A DNA stretch of 64,000 bases from Callorhinchus milii (GCF_018977255.1 NW_024704742.1:108998001-109062000); one strand, 5' to 3'; positions 25,777 through 39,591 are shown, numbered from the stretch's first letter. The notes: a model not told the origin generated them from the letters alone. Numbers and translations are program-made.

Positions 25777-26834
25777 CTGTACAAAAGAAATATTAAAATT
25801 AATGATCCTATGGCCACTATTGTAACGTGCAGTGATTTGATTTGTTTACCCGCCTGCAGTCAACATGGTTTGTCAGGCTCTCTTCATCTGGCTCAAAACC
25901 AGGAATTATCTGTGACTGACGAGAATGAATGATCAGGTTTCCATAGTAGATATTTTGAATTGTGCTGGTGGTGGCAGAGTAGGAGAGGAAAAGAGATTCA
26001 GGAAATGTAACAATCATTGCCATAGCTTCACTTCTATCATCTAGAGTGCAAAATAAGTGGGAGTTTTCAAAACGTTTTTTCTATGCTAGAAGTACCTATT
26101 TCATAAGAAACTTCATCTGATTTCATTTACAGTATTGCTGAGCTAAGTCAAACACACTATTAAATTTGTTGGCCGGCCTTTTCATACTTGCTGAGCTTAC
26201 CAGGAAGCATAAAATATAGCTCCATGGGCTACCAGTTTTATTAAAACTTTCTTCCCTTCGGAACAATACTGTCGCTTAGTGAATGATCAAATGAGTTCTC
26301 TGTGGAAAAGTAACAGTTGCTACATTGTGGTTGTGATTTCGTTTGAATATGCAACACTGTCATGATGGATCTTTATATCCCAGAGAACAATTAACCATGC
26401 AGCTCCTTCTATTCTAGTTTTTGCTTTTTCACCATAGATCTAGGCATACATTAAGATTGTTTGAAGGAGCATAAGTGAAAGAACATACTTCAATATGTAC
26501 AAAGCATGTCTATCTGTTTTATTCCACCCATCATACAATCCCTACAAATATTCCCTGTAAAATGAAGAATGGAAAATTGCCTCGCTAGCAGAAAACACAT
26601 CTGAAAGGGTTAACACTTTGTTCTTCAAAAGCCAGGAGGATGAGGGTTTTTTCATTTTCTGGCTGGTTTAAAAGCAGCAGAGGTGAGAGTCTTACCAACC
26701 TGTCTATTTAGACATGATATTCCATCGAATTTGTGTATATTTTGAATCCACGATTTAACACATTGAAGAGGTTTTAAGCTGGGTCTATTTACCACTGTTT
26801 AATTCCTCAAAGTTAAGTGGAATTAAAACCTTAC

Positions 26835-26931
26835 CAGACAGCTCCTGAAATTCCACCTTCTGACTGAAGATGAGGTAGTTGCTGGCAATGAAGTGAAGTA
26901 ACCAGGTGGACAAACGAATAGCATTGTGGAA
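26835..26931 (-). CDS. RHOBTB3: RHOBTB3 coding exon (97 nt)
   Basis: FHNAIRLSTWLLHFIASNYLIFSQKVEFQELS; tttcAG / GTAAGG; phase 0/1. Confidence 0.95.
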
Positions 26932-27371
26932 CTGAAAATTAGAGATCCAACATTCAAATACACACAACACAACTGGAAAACAAGATGGAACGTGTAAATA
27001 TAACATCATTTTCCTTTGCTTTGTTAAGTTTCTATCTTCAATCTATGCATGCAAGTTGTGCTCCATACATTCTATTGCAGCATTGACAAAGTAATCACTT
27101 TGTAATTCCACTATGGATAATGTATTAGCATTACAATTGCACTGAATTGTATTTCTCAATGATGTACGGATAAATAAAGGTAGGTGCTTTACTTTTTGTA
27201 TGGCTGTTATATTTAGGTCATAGCGTGTTCTTTTTGGCAACATGAGTTGCATTGACTCGTATTCCAAAATTTGTTTGTGGGTCAACAAATCAAATTTCTA
27301 CATTAAATGTTTGGCTTTATCGCTTGCATCTTGCCACAGTGTGAAATTTAAATTAGTAATGTCAACCTTTA

Positions 27372-27810
27372 TACAACAACAACTTGCACTTATAAAGCAC
27401 CCTCTACTCAGGATAGCGTCTCAAGAGCGCTTAACAGTGGTGGAGCCTGACTCCGAGGCTGGGGGGGGTGGGGGGTGAGGAGCTGACCACAAGCACAGTC
27501 AAAAAGAAAGGTTTTCAGGTGGAACTTGGAAAAGGGGAGAAAGGGGGCAATGCGAAGGATTGAGGGAGAGTGTTCCAGAGTTTTGGGGCATAGTGGTTTA
27601 AAGTGTGACCTTCAATAGTGGAGTGGAGGGCGCGTGGGACAAGCAGGAGGCCGGTGCCAGTCGAACAGAGGCGCCGGGTGGTGGATTGGGGAGTGAGGAG
27701 GTCGGAGAGGGAGGGAGGTGCCAGAGAGTGAAAGGATTTGAACATAAGTGTGAGGATCTTGAAGTCGATCTGTTCGCCAGTGGAGCATAGCCAGAACAAG
27801 CAAGATGGAG
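27372..27810 (-). mobile_element. Older L2 3' fragment
   Basis: QIDFKILTLMFKS...YAPKLWNTLP; truncated where the younger L2 tail begins. Confidence 0.85.
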
Positions 27811-27812
27811 GT

Positions 27813-28608
27813 ACAACAACAACAACAACAAGATTCCATTTATAGAGCGCCTTTCACGTCGGGAGGACGTCCCAAGGCGCTGTGCAGTTGGGTCAGGACC
27901 CGAGCAGGGGGGAAATGGTCAGGGTGAGGGGAGGGAAGGGAGGGAGTGAGGAGGGGGTAGAGAGTCGAGAGGGGAGCTGAAGGCACGGTCAAAGAGAAAG
28001 GTCTTGAGACCGGCCTTGAAGGAGGAAAGGGAGGAGGCGGCGAAGGCACTGGGAATAGAGTTCCAGAGCCTCGGGGCTGAGAGGCTCAAGGCCCGGCCAC
28101 CGATGGTAGGGCGGTTGGGGCGGGGGATGTGGAGCAGACCGGAGCCAGAGGAACGGAGGGTACGGGCAGGTAAGTAGGGGGATAGTAGGTTGGAGAGGTA
28201 GGAGGGAGCGAGGCCGTGAATGGCCTTGTAGATGAGGATGAGGATCTTGAATTCGATCCTCTGGGGGATGGGGAGCCAGTGGAGGCGAGCGAGGGTGGGA
28301 GTGATGTGGTCCCGAAGCCTGGTGCGGGACATTACACGAGCTGCAGAGTTCTGAATGACCTGCAGTGTGGAGGGAGGTGGCGGGAAGGCCGGCGAGGAGA
28401 GGTTCCCATAGTCCAGCCTTGAGGTGATAAAGGCGTGGACCAGAGTTTCAGCAGCGTGAGGGGTGAGGTAATGCGGTAGTCTTGCGATGTTCCGGAGGTG
28501 ATGGAAGGCGGTGCCAGTTGTGGCGCGGATATGAGGGAGAAAGGACAACTCAGGGCCGAACAGAACACCGAGGTTCCTGACTGGCTTTGAGAGGTGGAGA
28601 GTGCAGCT
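27813..28608 (-). mobile_element. Young L2 3' fragment
   Basis: ORF 27919-28710 with L2 C-terminal motifs; (aac)n on +. Confidence 0.93.
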
Positions 28609-28792
28609 TTGGTACAGAGTTTGGTCCGAGCAAGTATACCGATACATTTCAGTATTCTTAATATTATTAATAGAATAAATTATTAAGACTGTCAATAGTT
28701 TCGTGTACATGACTGTAAGAGCTTTTTAATGATTTGTATGTAATTTGTTTATATACATTTTTCCATTTGATACAGTGCCTTTTCAATGGCAA

Positions 28793-29063
28793 GCTATGTG
28801 GTTTTAGCTGGTTAAACTCTAGCAGTACCCCAACGCGTACTCTGAGGGATCTAAGACTTGGCTCTTGTCAACCTGCACCTAATACTTTTTGGAATTAGAC
28901 AAGCAGGATGCATCTCTCCAGGGAGAGAGTACACATTACTTTCCAACAATCTCTGGGATTGCCATGTGTAGGTGGGATGTATGTATGGAAATTTCAACTT
29001 GGTTTGGATATTCTTAAGCATGGTGAGTTTTCCATGTGTCAGACACCCAGCTGACCAAAAAAA
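28793..29063 (+). repeat. Unclassified repeat copy 3
   Basis: Similar to 2567-2835; ends gaccaaaaaaa. Confidence 0.75.
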
Positions 29064-29368
29064 TACAGCGCCTTTTCACACAGCCATGAAGAGAACGGCC
29101 AATTATATTTGGAAAATTGTTACCCAAAACTCTTCTCTTTTTGATTAATACCACAAGATCTTTAATGTTATCTGAACAAGCAGAAGAGACTTTAGTTTAA
29201 CATCTCACACAAAGGGCACAACCTCTGAAAATATAGTTCCCCCAACATGCTTTCAAGTTCAGCTGTGATTAGAGACTCAGGTCCAAATGTAGGCCTTGAA
29301 CCCAGAACCTTCTGACTCCAACATTAAGGTGCTACCTCTGAGCCAAACTGGCACCTGAACATGTTAAA

Positions 29369-29690
29369 CAATAATAATAATAATCCTTCCATTTGACATC
29401 TTCGAAACGTCTCAAAGCGCTTCACAGAATATACTGTAAAGTGAATAGACTATATTTTGTGGGCGGAACGCAGCAGCCAATTGTGCACTGCAGTGCCCCA
29501 CAAACATTTGTGTATTGAGTGTTTTTTTTAAGGGATTATTACGACCAGAAAAGCGATCCGCCAATCAATTAACAACTGGGTTCCTACTTACTGCTAGGTA
29601 AACCGAGGCATGTGGAGTAAGGAAACTTTCCCAACGTTTCGCCCTGCTGTGAATCAAACCCAAGTCCTCACTTGCAAGGCAAGTGCTCTA
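29369..29690 (-). mobile_element. tRNA-headed SINE (an older SINE remnant lies at ~29075-29355)
   Basis: Tail, Deu core and partial head match the other copies. Confidence 0.85.
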
Positions 29691-30887
29691 AAAGTATTGA
29701 ATGTCTGGAGTAAAAATAAATCTCAAAGAACAATGCTTGGTCTAATGTATTCCAAATAAGTAAAATGTTAGGTATTCTCAATATTTATCCTGGCAGAATG
29801 GGTATATAGTAATACAGGAATTTTCTTATTCACATTTTAGGCTGTATTACCCCAGTAAAGGTTCCATTCCTATACTGATGCATATTATATTATACTAAAT
29901 GCCTTAGTCTTCTTCTGCATCATGTATTTTATTTCCTAAATTACTATTTACTGCTCATACATTTGTAATGGTGAATTCACTTTGTCTTTTCAATAAATAC
30001 CCCAATCTAGCAATTATCTGTGATCTGCTTGATACCAGCTAATGAAACATATGATATCAGTGACACCAAAACTGGTTTTGAACTTAACTGATTTGCCATA
30101 CTGATGAAAATCTGATTTTTAATTTAAACATAAAACATAAAAATGAACACTATTTAAATGTTATTTTGTGCAAACGCTGCTGATTCATTATTCTGCTTAT
30201 ACATTAAGATTGCTGAGTGTGGGTTATGTACAATATGTGCACAAAGATATCAAAACCACTCAACTCTCCAAACTAATTCTTTGCCATCTGAGGAAAATTC
30301 TTCAAATTTCACACTTCACACTTATTACAGAAAAGACAGAGGACAGTATTCTATCAGGCCTGATTGGTTGTTGCTGCCTTTGGCACTGCTTGCACTGACA
30401 CCAGAAATATTTTCATTGGGAATTCCAAATCTAAGAAATCCAACTTCACAAATGCTGCCTTTTATGGTTTTTTTTATACTGCCCCAAACTTCATTCACCC
30501 ACTTGGCACAATCACAAAAATGGCTTGCACAGTTCACTGTTGGTTGTGTAGGAGTGTGGAGCTGATATATTGAGATTTCCCATTAACGACAGATCTATGA
30601 TGTTGAAACTTAGTTCACTGTAATGTCCCAAGAGCAACAAGATTTTATTTGTTCGCCCACCTGGAGTAACATCCAATGACCGTACATTTCAGTTCCGGTC
30701 TTGCAACACTTATTAGGTCAATGTGTCCCATGACAAGCAGGCTCTTGTTCACAGTAAACACTTGCTTTTTCCCCAACCAAATATAAAGTTCAGGAAGACA
30801 TTATGCACTTTTTCTTCTATCTGTTTGTTTTATATATCATGAGTAATTCTACTTATGTCACTATTTCGGCACCTGCAAAAGAGCAGT

Positions 30888-31480
30888 AAACAACAACAAC
30901 AAAATTACATTTGTATAGCGTCTTTCACGTCAGGAGGACGTCCCAAGGCACTGTACAGTAAGAGTTTCGGACCTGAGCTGCGGGTCAGGATCGGGGAGGG
31001 AGCGAGCTGGATGGTAGGGGGTTAGGAGGTCACAGAGGTAGGGGGGAGCAAGACCATGAAGGTCCTTGAAGGTGAGGACCAGGATCTTGAACTGTAACCT
31101 ATGTGTGATGGGAAGCCAGTGGAGTCGAGCAAGGATGGATGTGATAGGATCATGGAGCCTGGTGTGGGAGAGGAAACGAGCTGCAGAGTTCTAGATTATC
31201 TGCAGCCAGTGGAGAGAGGAGTTGGGGAGGCCGACAAGCAAGGAGTTTGCATAGACGAGCCTCGATGTAATGAAAGCATGTATGAGGGTTTCGGCAGCCT
31301 ACGGTGTGAGACAGTGGCAGTCGGGCGATGTTGCTGAGGTGGGGGAAAGCAGAGAGGGTCATGGCACAGAACGGATAGTTGAGGGTCAAACAAGACACCA
31401 AGGTTCTGGACTGGCTTAGTAAGGTGGAGTGTGCAACCATGGATGGTGATGCTGTCAGCGCCTGAGGTGTGGAGGTATGT
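30888..31480 (-). mobile_element. L2 fragment with an internal deletion
   Basis: Similar to the 35105 and 58452 copies; (aac)n tail on +. Confidence 0.85.
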
Positions 31481-31796
31481 AAACCTCTAACCATATCAAG
31501 TTTTCCATCTATTTATAAAGGCTCCTGAAGGTGGCTGCAGTGTCTTGTTTAATCCCGAGATTAGGCTTCACCAATTGTACAATATTTTTAACTATTAAAG
31601 TGCTAAGAGTAATGATCCTTTTCATAATACTGTATAGTCATTCATTTTGGAATAATATCTGTTAAGGACTTAAATTAATTTTTGGAGAAAAGAAATTTAA
31701 AATGAATGAACCAGGACCTGGAGTTAGATTAAGTAGATTCCTTGTAAAGTTGACTTCAAGTGTAGCAAATTTGTACCTTTCTATGGATCCCAAGTA

Positions 31797-32480
31797 GGTG
31801 TCAGCTAGACTCAGTTGGTACCACTCTTGGCTTTAAGGTTGTGAGTTCAAGCCCTACATCTTTAAACTCACAGTCTAGGCTGACACTCCAGAGCAGTGCT
31901 GGAGGAACTCTGCATTATCAGAGGTCCCATTCCTTCAGATGAGATGTTAAGATATGTCATTCACTTCAGGCTGCTGTGTGCAAATTGGCTGCCACATTCA
32001 CCTACAAAATTATACCATCACTACACTTTACAGCAAATCTTGTGGTGCATTTTGAAACATTCTCCTGGCTTGAAAGGTGCTATATCAAATAAAAATATTA
32101 TTATTAGGATTATTATGACCAGCTCACGGTCTAAGGTGGCACTCCAATGCGCTATTGGAGGAACACTGCTTTGTTGGAGGTCCCGTCCTTCAGTCAAGAC
32201 ATTAATTTGATATTTGTCTGCCTATTCATGTAGATTTTAAAAGAAGGCAAGACACAATTCAAAAAGAGAAGAGTTTCTCCCAGTGTCCTGGCCAAGAATC
32301 TTCCAGTTAAATTGGTTATTCACCTCCTGGCCATTTGTAGGACACTACTGTGCACAAATTGGCTGCTGTGTCACCTACAAATACACTTGGGTCGTCCTCC
32401 CGATGTGAAAGGCGCTATACAAATGTAATTTTGTTGTTGTTTGTTGTTTACAGAAAGCTCTGTGAAGTGCTTTGAGACAA
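31797..32480 (+). mobile_element. Nested old Deu-domain SINEs plus an L2 tail
   Basis: ggtgtcagctagactcagttggta head, two Deu cores, tail motifs. Confidence 0.65.
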
Positions 32481-33503
32481 TTTAAGTCAGTGATCAGTAA
32501 CTGCTGTTCTGACCCTTTATCCTTTTACTATTGCCAACTAAAAGGGATCCAAAACTTTGTTGGCCCCAGTGCACATCATGAAGTAATCCAACACATTATG
32601 ACCAACTTTTCTAACACCATCGTCTACTCCCAATGCAAACACTCACTTCTGTCACCACCAGTGGGCAGAGCAGATATGCTGACTGACGACATTGGCAGCA
32701 TTACACAACCCACAGAACACTTCCAAGTGCTGTTTACATCACATGCATTTATTAACAGATGCCCTCAGATTCAGTTATGTATATTTAAATTTGTATGTTT
32801 GTAACTAGTAGCATGTAAATTTCCACATGTTTGCTGATGACACTCAAATCTACCTCTCTTCTTCCAGATTCACACACAAGTTCTTTTAACAGCTGCTGAA
32901 AACTTGCAATGTTAAAATAAATTTATGAAGTTGCCTAAATCTGGACAATCTAAAATGCAACATAAAAAATTTAATAAATCTAAAACCCAGATGAAATTTC
33001 TCCGCATAACAAAATCTGACATTTTTGTTCTCTAATGTCCTCTATCCTATTTAGCATCTTGTAAACATGCTTGCCCACAAAACAGTCACTACTCTTTACA
33101 ATAAATCCTGAAAAGCACTTTGGGATGTCCTCCTGATGTGAAAGGCGCTACCACAATTGTAAGGATTCTCATTGTTATTACCTTCATAGGGCCCCTCAGA
33201 GAACTCATTTTCACAGCTCAAAAGCCCTATTTTAACTTGCATCCATATTGTTTCATCCACAAAATACACAGTCAATCCACTTTACTGTATATCCTGTGAA
33301 GAGCTTTGAGATGCGTTGAAGATGTGATAAGGCGCTATATCAAAGGATCATCATTATTATCATTATATCCAAAAGTTTATTTTCAATCAAATGTGTAATG
33401 AAATTCAAACATGTGTGTAAAACAAACGCTATTTTTGCAGAAAAGAAAAAATCGCTACCTGACAAACTAGCCACATATTTCAGTTCCCCAATTGTGTACT
33501 TAC

Positions 33504-33670
33504 TTTGGCCTTTTTCAGTAGATTGACAATACTGAGATTGGTTGATGTCAGCTCTCTGCTGGGCATGCTCTGTAGCTGAGTGACAATGTACGATTCACAG
33601 ATCTGCTGCAGTCTGGGTACTTGATACATTTCTGCGCAAATGAACAGGGCCATGGCCTGGAGAATGCTGG
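33504..33670 (-). CDS. RHOBTB3: RHOBTB3 coding exon (167 nt)
   Basis: (A)SILQAMALFICAEMYQVPRLQQICE...NLLKKAK; ccaccAG / GTAAGT; phase 1/0. Confidence 0.96.
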
Positions 33671-34034
33671 CTGGTGGGAAAAAATTAAACAAGTCGATAA
33701 AGCATAGAACCATCCTGCTAAAAGTATTAAGGTCAACAATACTTAATACACAACTTTACCATCCCCCATTGTTGCCTTGACTTTCATCAGCCAGTTCTGA
33801 TCTTGTCAAGACCCTCAGTACATAACTACATACAACTGAGTCATGGATTTACAAATATTAAACTATTTTTTGACGACAGAGTGTAGTTTTGCTCTTATCT
33901 TCCTAGTGTTTCAGAGCATTAAAATTTGGCACAGGATCTACAGAAAATAGGCTTCAAAGTTGAGATCAAATTATAATAATCCTTTGCATCTGATATAGCA
34001 CTTACTGTAAGACTATAATAAGCCAGACTGATAT

Positions 34035-34385
34035 AGGAACAGAGGCAACAGGCACAGCAGGAGACCATTCAGCCCCCTGAGCCTGTTCCACCAGTTTATT
34101 AGACCTTGTCAGATATTCTAATCCCAATACCCTACGTTGTCACCATCATACGTCAACTACCCAAGTACTATCTATTTTTTAAACATCATCATTGATTCCA
34201 CTTCTACAGCTTTCTGGGGCAGAATCTTCCACACCTTCATAACCTTCTCTGGGAAGAAATGTTACCTGACCTCACATTTAACTCCCTTGATTCTGATTTT
34301 AAGGCAGATAGCAGATCCCTGTAACCAAGTGGAAAAGTTGCCCACTATCTAACCTGTCAATTCCTTTCATTATTTTAAATACTTC
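34035..34385 (-). mobile_element. Degenerate CR1 3' fragment
   Basis: aggagaccattcagcccc, gaatcttccacacct...gaagaaat and tatctaacctgtcaa motifs. Confidence 0.65.
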
Positions 34386-34507
34386 ATTCACCGTCAAATA
34401 ATATTTACATTTGATACAGCGCCTTAATACATTGTTGAGACTTCTCAAAGTGCTTCACAGAATATAAAGTAAAGTGAATTGACTATACATTTTGTGGGCA
34501 AAACATA

Positions 34508-34586
34508 CCAGGCTGACACCTGAGCCAGGCTGACGTCTGAGCCAGGTTGACGTCTGAGCCAGGCTGACATCTGAGCCAGGCTGACA
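34508..34586. repeat. 17-bp tandem repeat, ~4.6 copies
   Basis: (ccaggctgacRYctgag)n directly after a SINE 3' fragment. Confidence 0.9.
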
Positions 34587-35104
34587 GGCTGAATTCAACA
34601 ATTTGCCAAATTCTGGATGCTTTGAAATGCTAAGAAAATCTAGATTCAGATGAAATTTCTTCCCATATGGGTGTGGGAGCCTTAAGGGATCATCTTCAAG
34701 GATTCTCACAAAGAATACTCACATATCCCAAACAAATAAAAATAGCAAGCATGTAAATTTCAGAGAACCCTAGTCATTTGAAGACAACGTTCTGCTTTTA
34801 GCTGCATTTGTGCGCATCTATCTGCATTTGTGACTTTGTGACTTAGCCTCGAGCAGAGAGAGAACCTGGTTTCATCAGTGAAACAGGAAACACAAAAACA
34901 CAGACTTAGAAACTGACTCCCAAATAGGAGGAATGACTATGAAGTTACTTAGCAGATCTGCAGGAACAGATTGGGTTGCGTATGGTGACTCTCAATTACA
35001 TTAAGCTGTAGAAATCCATCCCAAAAAATCATTGTTTATATTTACAGCTAATCCAATGCTTATATTGCTGGCTATTGCTTTGAATGCAGCATTAAAGAAA
35101 GATT

Positions 35105-35890
35105 AACAACAGCCAAATTACATTTGTATAGCGCCTTTCACGTCAGAAGAACGTCCCAAGGCACTGGACAATCAGTTTTGGACCCCGAGCTGGGGGTTGG
35201 AATTGGGGTGGGGTGGGGCAGGAGGTTGACCGAAGGCACGGTGGAAGAAGAGGGTCTTGAGATAGTTCTTGAAGGCGGCAAGGGATGGGGCGAGGCGGAG
35301 GGACTACAGGATGGAGTTCCAGAGGGTGGGAGCAAAGTGGCTGAAGGCCTGCCCGTCAATAATGGGGCGAGCGAGGCGGAGGACGTGAAGCAGGCCAGAG
35401 TCCGCTGAGTGGAGGGAGCGGGCAGGTTGGTAGGGGGTTAGGAGGTTGCAGAGGTAGGGGGGAGCTATGGAGGGCTTTGAAAGTGAGGACCAGGATCTTG
35501 AACTGTATCCTCTGTGCGATGGGAAGCCAATGGAGTCAGGCGAGGATGGGGTGATAGGGTCACAGAGCCTGGTTCGGGAGAGGACATGGGCTGCAGAGTT
35601 CTGGATGATCTGCAGCTTACGGCGAGAGGAGTTGGGGAGGCCGACAAACAGGCTTTGCATAGTCGAGCCTGGATGTTATGAATGAATGTATGAGGGTCTC
35701 GGCAGCCTTTGGTGGGAGACAGTGGCAGAACCGGGCAATGTTGCAGAGTTGGGGGAAGGCAGAGCAGGTCATGGCATGGATGTTGGGGTATGAAGGACAG
35801 TTGAGAGTCGAACAGGACGCTGAGGTTCCGTATTGCTCCGTGAGATGTAGAGTGCATCCAATGCGGGAGATGCTGTCAGCGCCGAAGGTG
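35105..35890 (-). mobile_element. L2 3' fragment
   Basis: KLQIIQNSAAHVLSRTRL motif; L2 tail. Confidence 0.9.
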
Positions 35891-35899
35891 TAAAGAGTT

Positions 35900-36224
35900 G
35901 TGGAGTCCTGTAGCTCAGTGGTTAGAGCACTCGCTTTGCAAGTGAGAGACCTGAGTTCAATTCCAGGCAGGGCGAAACCTTGGGCAAGTTTCCTTACTCC
36001 ACACGCCTAATAATAATCCCTCCAAAAAACCAAAAACAATAATTAAATTGGTCATTTTCAATCTACGACTGTTTGTGGGACATTGCTGTGCGCAATTGGC
36101 TGCCGCGTTTGCCCACAAATATACAGTCAATTCACTTTACAGTGTGTTCTGTGAAGCGCTTTGGGACGTCCTCCCGATGTGAAAAGCGCTATATCAAATG
36201 CAAGGATTATTATTATTATTATTA
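35900..36224 (+). mobile_element. Young full-length tRNA-headed SINE
   Basis: Near-identical to the 14909 copy; ends ~67 nt from an RHOBTB3 donor site. Confidence 0.93.
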
Positions 36225-36291
36225 TAGAATGGCCACCTTGTTATTTACACCTCAACCTCTAGCCTGCATCTCTACAGAATTGTTTCCTTAC

Positions 36292-36465
36292 CTGTGCAGC
36301 AGGCATCAGTGTACAGATACTCCAAGAAAGAGAGGAAGGTTTCCTTGGAAACCCCATGAATAGGCACCAGGCAGGCTTTTGTTTCAGCATAGTTACCATT
36401 GAACATTGCAGCCATTACCTCGCAGCGAGCTACCAGGACTGCTCTGTGAGCATGCACCACCGTAC
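36292..36465 (-). CDS. RHOBTB3: RHOBTB3 coding exon (174 nt), second BTB domain
   Basis: (G)TVVHAHRAVLVARCEVMAAMFNGNYAE...FLEYLYTDACCT; phase 1/1. Confidence 0.97.
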
Positions 36466-36499
36466 CTTCGAGAGACAAAACATGGATTTATTCAGGATT

Positions 36500-36870
36500 T
36501 ATAATAATCCCAGCATTTGATATAGCACCTCATCACGTTGTCAAGGCATTTCAAAGCACTTTACATGAATTACTGTAAAGTGTAGTTACTGTGTATTTTG
36601 CAGTCAAACTCTGCAGCCAATTTGTATGCAAATCTCACAAATAGCCATGGGGTGAATGAACAATTTTATTTGGGGGACTGTGGACCAGGACACCGAGAGA
36701 AACTCCCTTCGCTTTTTCAAATAATGCCATGGGATCTTTAAAGTCCACCTGAAGACGTAAACAGGCCTTGGTTTAATGCCTCATCCGAAGGACAGCAGCT
36801 CTGACAGTGGAGCTTTGCCCCACACTGTGTTGCAGTGTCAGCCTAGACTGTGTGTTCAATGTTCTGACGT
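36500..36870 (-). mobile_element. Old Deu-domain SINE
   Basis: gccatgggatctttaa, tcatccgaaggacagca and gtgtcagcctaga motifs. Confidence 0.75.
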
Positions 36871-38129
36871 GATCCTGCAATGACAGATGGAACCTATCGA
36901 TCGTCACAATAAGGAGGTCAAGAGGGAAACATTCACCTGAGTAAAGTGTAAGTTAGCTTCAGGTGCCAGCCGGCCCAAGCAGTGGCAGTCATGAGAAGGA
37001 AAGAAAATCTTTTTATAAAATCCTATAGATTTTATAAACCGACCAGTGCAACTACAGAGGTAAAACTTAACAACAAATAAAATTTAAAATTAGAAAATAA
37101 AATTTTCATAAAATAAAAAATAAAACAGTAAAATCCTTTTGAAGCATTTTGGGACATCCTCTCAATGTGAAAGGCGCAATACCAAATGCAAGGATTGTTA
37201 TTATTATTTTCAGGGCCACTGGTTACTGTATGCAGCGTAGGGAAATTAGGAATGGATGTCTGAAGTCACAGCCAGAGGCTCAACTTGTTCTGGATGAAGG
37301 TTAGGATGGTACTCAATGAACTGAAAGCTAGAGCAAAGACACGAATAGAACGGGATAATGTTTAGGGCATAGATTCAAGCACACAAGCATCTTGCATGTG
37401 TCCTTTAACATGGGGACAGTATAGTGGAGAAATGAATGAGTTTCGCCCACAAAATATACAGTCAATTCACTTTACAGTATATTTGGTGAAGCGCTTTGAG
37501 ACGTCTCAAAGACGTGATGAGAGGTTATATCAAATGCATTTATTATTGTGAATGCTTTCTTCTCAAGGGGAAATTCTGCACAACTATAGCCGCTGTGCTG
37601 CATAACTCACGCTGAGCTAAGATCTATTTAATGATTTGCACAGGACTATTGTATTGCCAATAAATAGGCACGAACAACTCACAGGAATTTAGGGCTACAA
37701 TTAATGCTAGCCTCCCTATGAACTCCCCAAATTACGTCACCCATCTTAATTTGCATAAGTCATTTTTAACAACAAAATTTAGGACCTCTAGTGTTTGATC
37801 TTTGAACAATTTCTCTCAACACAAATTCACAACTTCTCTGGATAATTTGCATTCCTCTCTTGGACGGTTCAAGTTTCATGTTATTATCATGGAAAGGCAA
37901 CTTTTGCACATGAGCTATCAATTGCCTAGGTTAACACCCGACCAGTGCAACTACAGAGATATGAGGGGCAAAACAAGTTTCATTTTCAAAATGTGTTGGC
38001 AAAAGAAAAAAAGCCGAGTGCATTCAAGCCCCTTAAAATTCATCTGAGATGGAGTAAATATGCCAGATTTTGTCAAAGTACAAAGTAAACCATGTTAGGG
38101 ACAGGCTGCATCAGCATTAGCTCATCAAA

Positions 38130-38473
38130 TCCATTCACTCCCCGGCACCTCCCTACCTCTCTGACCTCCTCACTCCCCAGTCCACCACCCAGCCCCTCCG
38201 CTCGACTGGCACCGGCCTCATGCTCGTCCCTCACACTCTCCGCCCCACCATCGGCCACTTTCAGCCACTACACCCCAAAATTCTGGAACACTTTCCCTCA
38301 GTCCCTCTGCCTTGCCCCCTCTCTCCCCTCTTTCAAGTCCCGCCTGAAAACTTTCCTCTTCAACGGTGCTTACAGCCACCTCCAATTCCCCCCGGCTTGG
38401 AGTCAGGCTCCGCCACTGTTAAGAGTTCTGAGATGCTGTCCTGTATAGAGGGTGCTATATAAGTTGTTGTTGT
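38130..38473 (+). mobile_element. L2 3' fragment
   Basis: PKFWNTFPQSL...FKSRLKTFLF; (gtt)n tail. Confidence 0.85.
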
Positions 38474-39591
38474 AGCTCAGAGATAGATCTCAAGTCAAAA
38501 AAATAAAGTAAGATCACATAAGCTGCTGTTATGTATCCCTTAGAAGTTGACTGCTGCTAAGGAGACCTGGCAGAACATGATTGACTCATCCTCTCATCAG
38601 TGCATATTCAGTAGTTCAAGAGCTTAGTAGGCTTTAAAAGTATAACAAAGAAATTTAAGTGAAATAACTGTATATGGGTTCAAACTGGTATCTCCAGTTG
38701 TAAAGAAGAATTTGCAACAACTAAAATGATGCATTTCGGTTGAAATAACACCAAATGCATGATTTATAAGTCTCTCAGATCAGGCACAACATTGAAATAA
38801 TAAAATACAATGCTTTGTGGATTGATCAAAACACCGCTTAGCATTGTCCAATGCCACTTGCCCAATACAAACACGGCTGTTATTTATTGCCATGTTCTGG
38901 ACTCTTTCTGCCTCTGTAAATAGTACTTTAACTGAGTGGGATTACTGCTACGATGTGTTTTTTGCACATTCAATCACAACTTACGAATTGTACACCAATT
39001 CTTCTTTGCAACTGGTATTTTCTATTTTTCTGATATATAACGCCGCTTATTTATTTAAAGAACACTCCCACCTTTCTTCACAATTCTATTACCGAGTGTT
39101 AAATCCCACGTAATTCCAGTCAGAGAGCTGGATTAGTATTCCAATCATAATGGATTCCACTCAGCCCTCCACCAAGATAAGAGTTAAATGCAGTATTTTC
39201 TGATATTGACCAATTGTTTTCAGATAGAAAGAAAAGTACAAGAAGCACGAGAATCGAACAACACAAACCACCCGTTCCCTGTGTAGTGCAAAAACAAATT
39301 CCTTTACAGAAAGGCTGGCTAGTATTGCACATTTGGACTTTACCTTTTGTTCTTGTTTTACCCCCACATTGTAAGCAGAAACAAATCTGTTAAAGGGATT
39401 TTAGTGCAAGGATTCTTTATCTGAGGAATTAACTCATAAACTATAAGGTTTCATCTGACCACTGCGGTTAGAATTCTTCTGCCTCTGTAAGATACAACTT
39501 TCTAACTGTTTTTTGGATTCACACACACCAGGCTGCCCGTATCCACTGGGGTGAACGGTTTCACTCCTTCAGTCAACGCTGGACTTTGTAC

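Noticed and set aside
35900..35975. tRNA genes (also near 15170-15242, 17160-17234, 19530-19605, 22767-22840)
   Set aside because: They are SINE heads continuous with the SINE body and tail.
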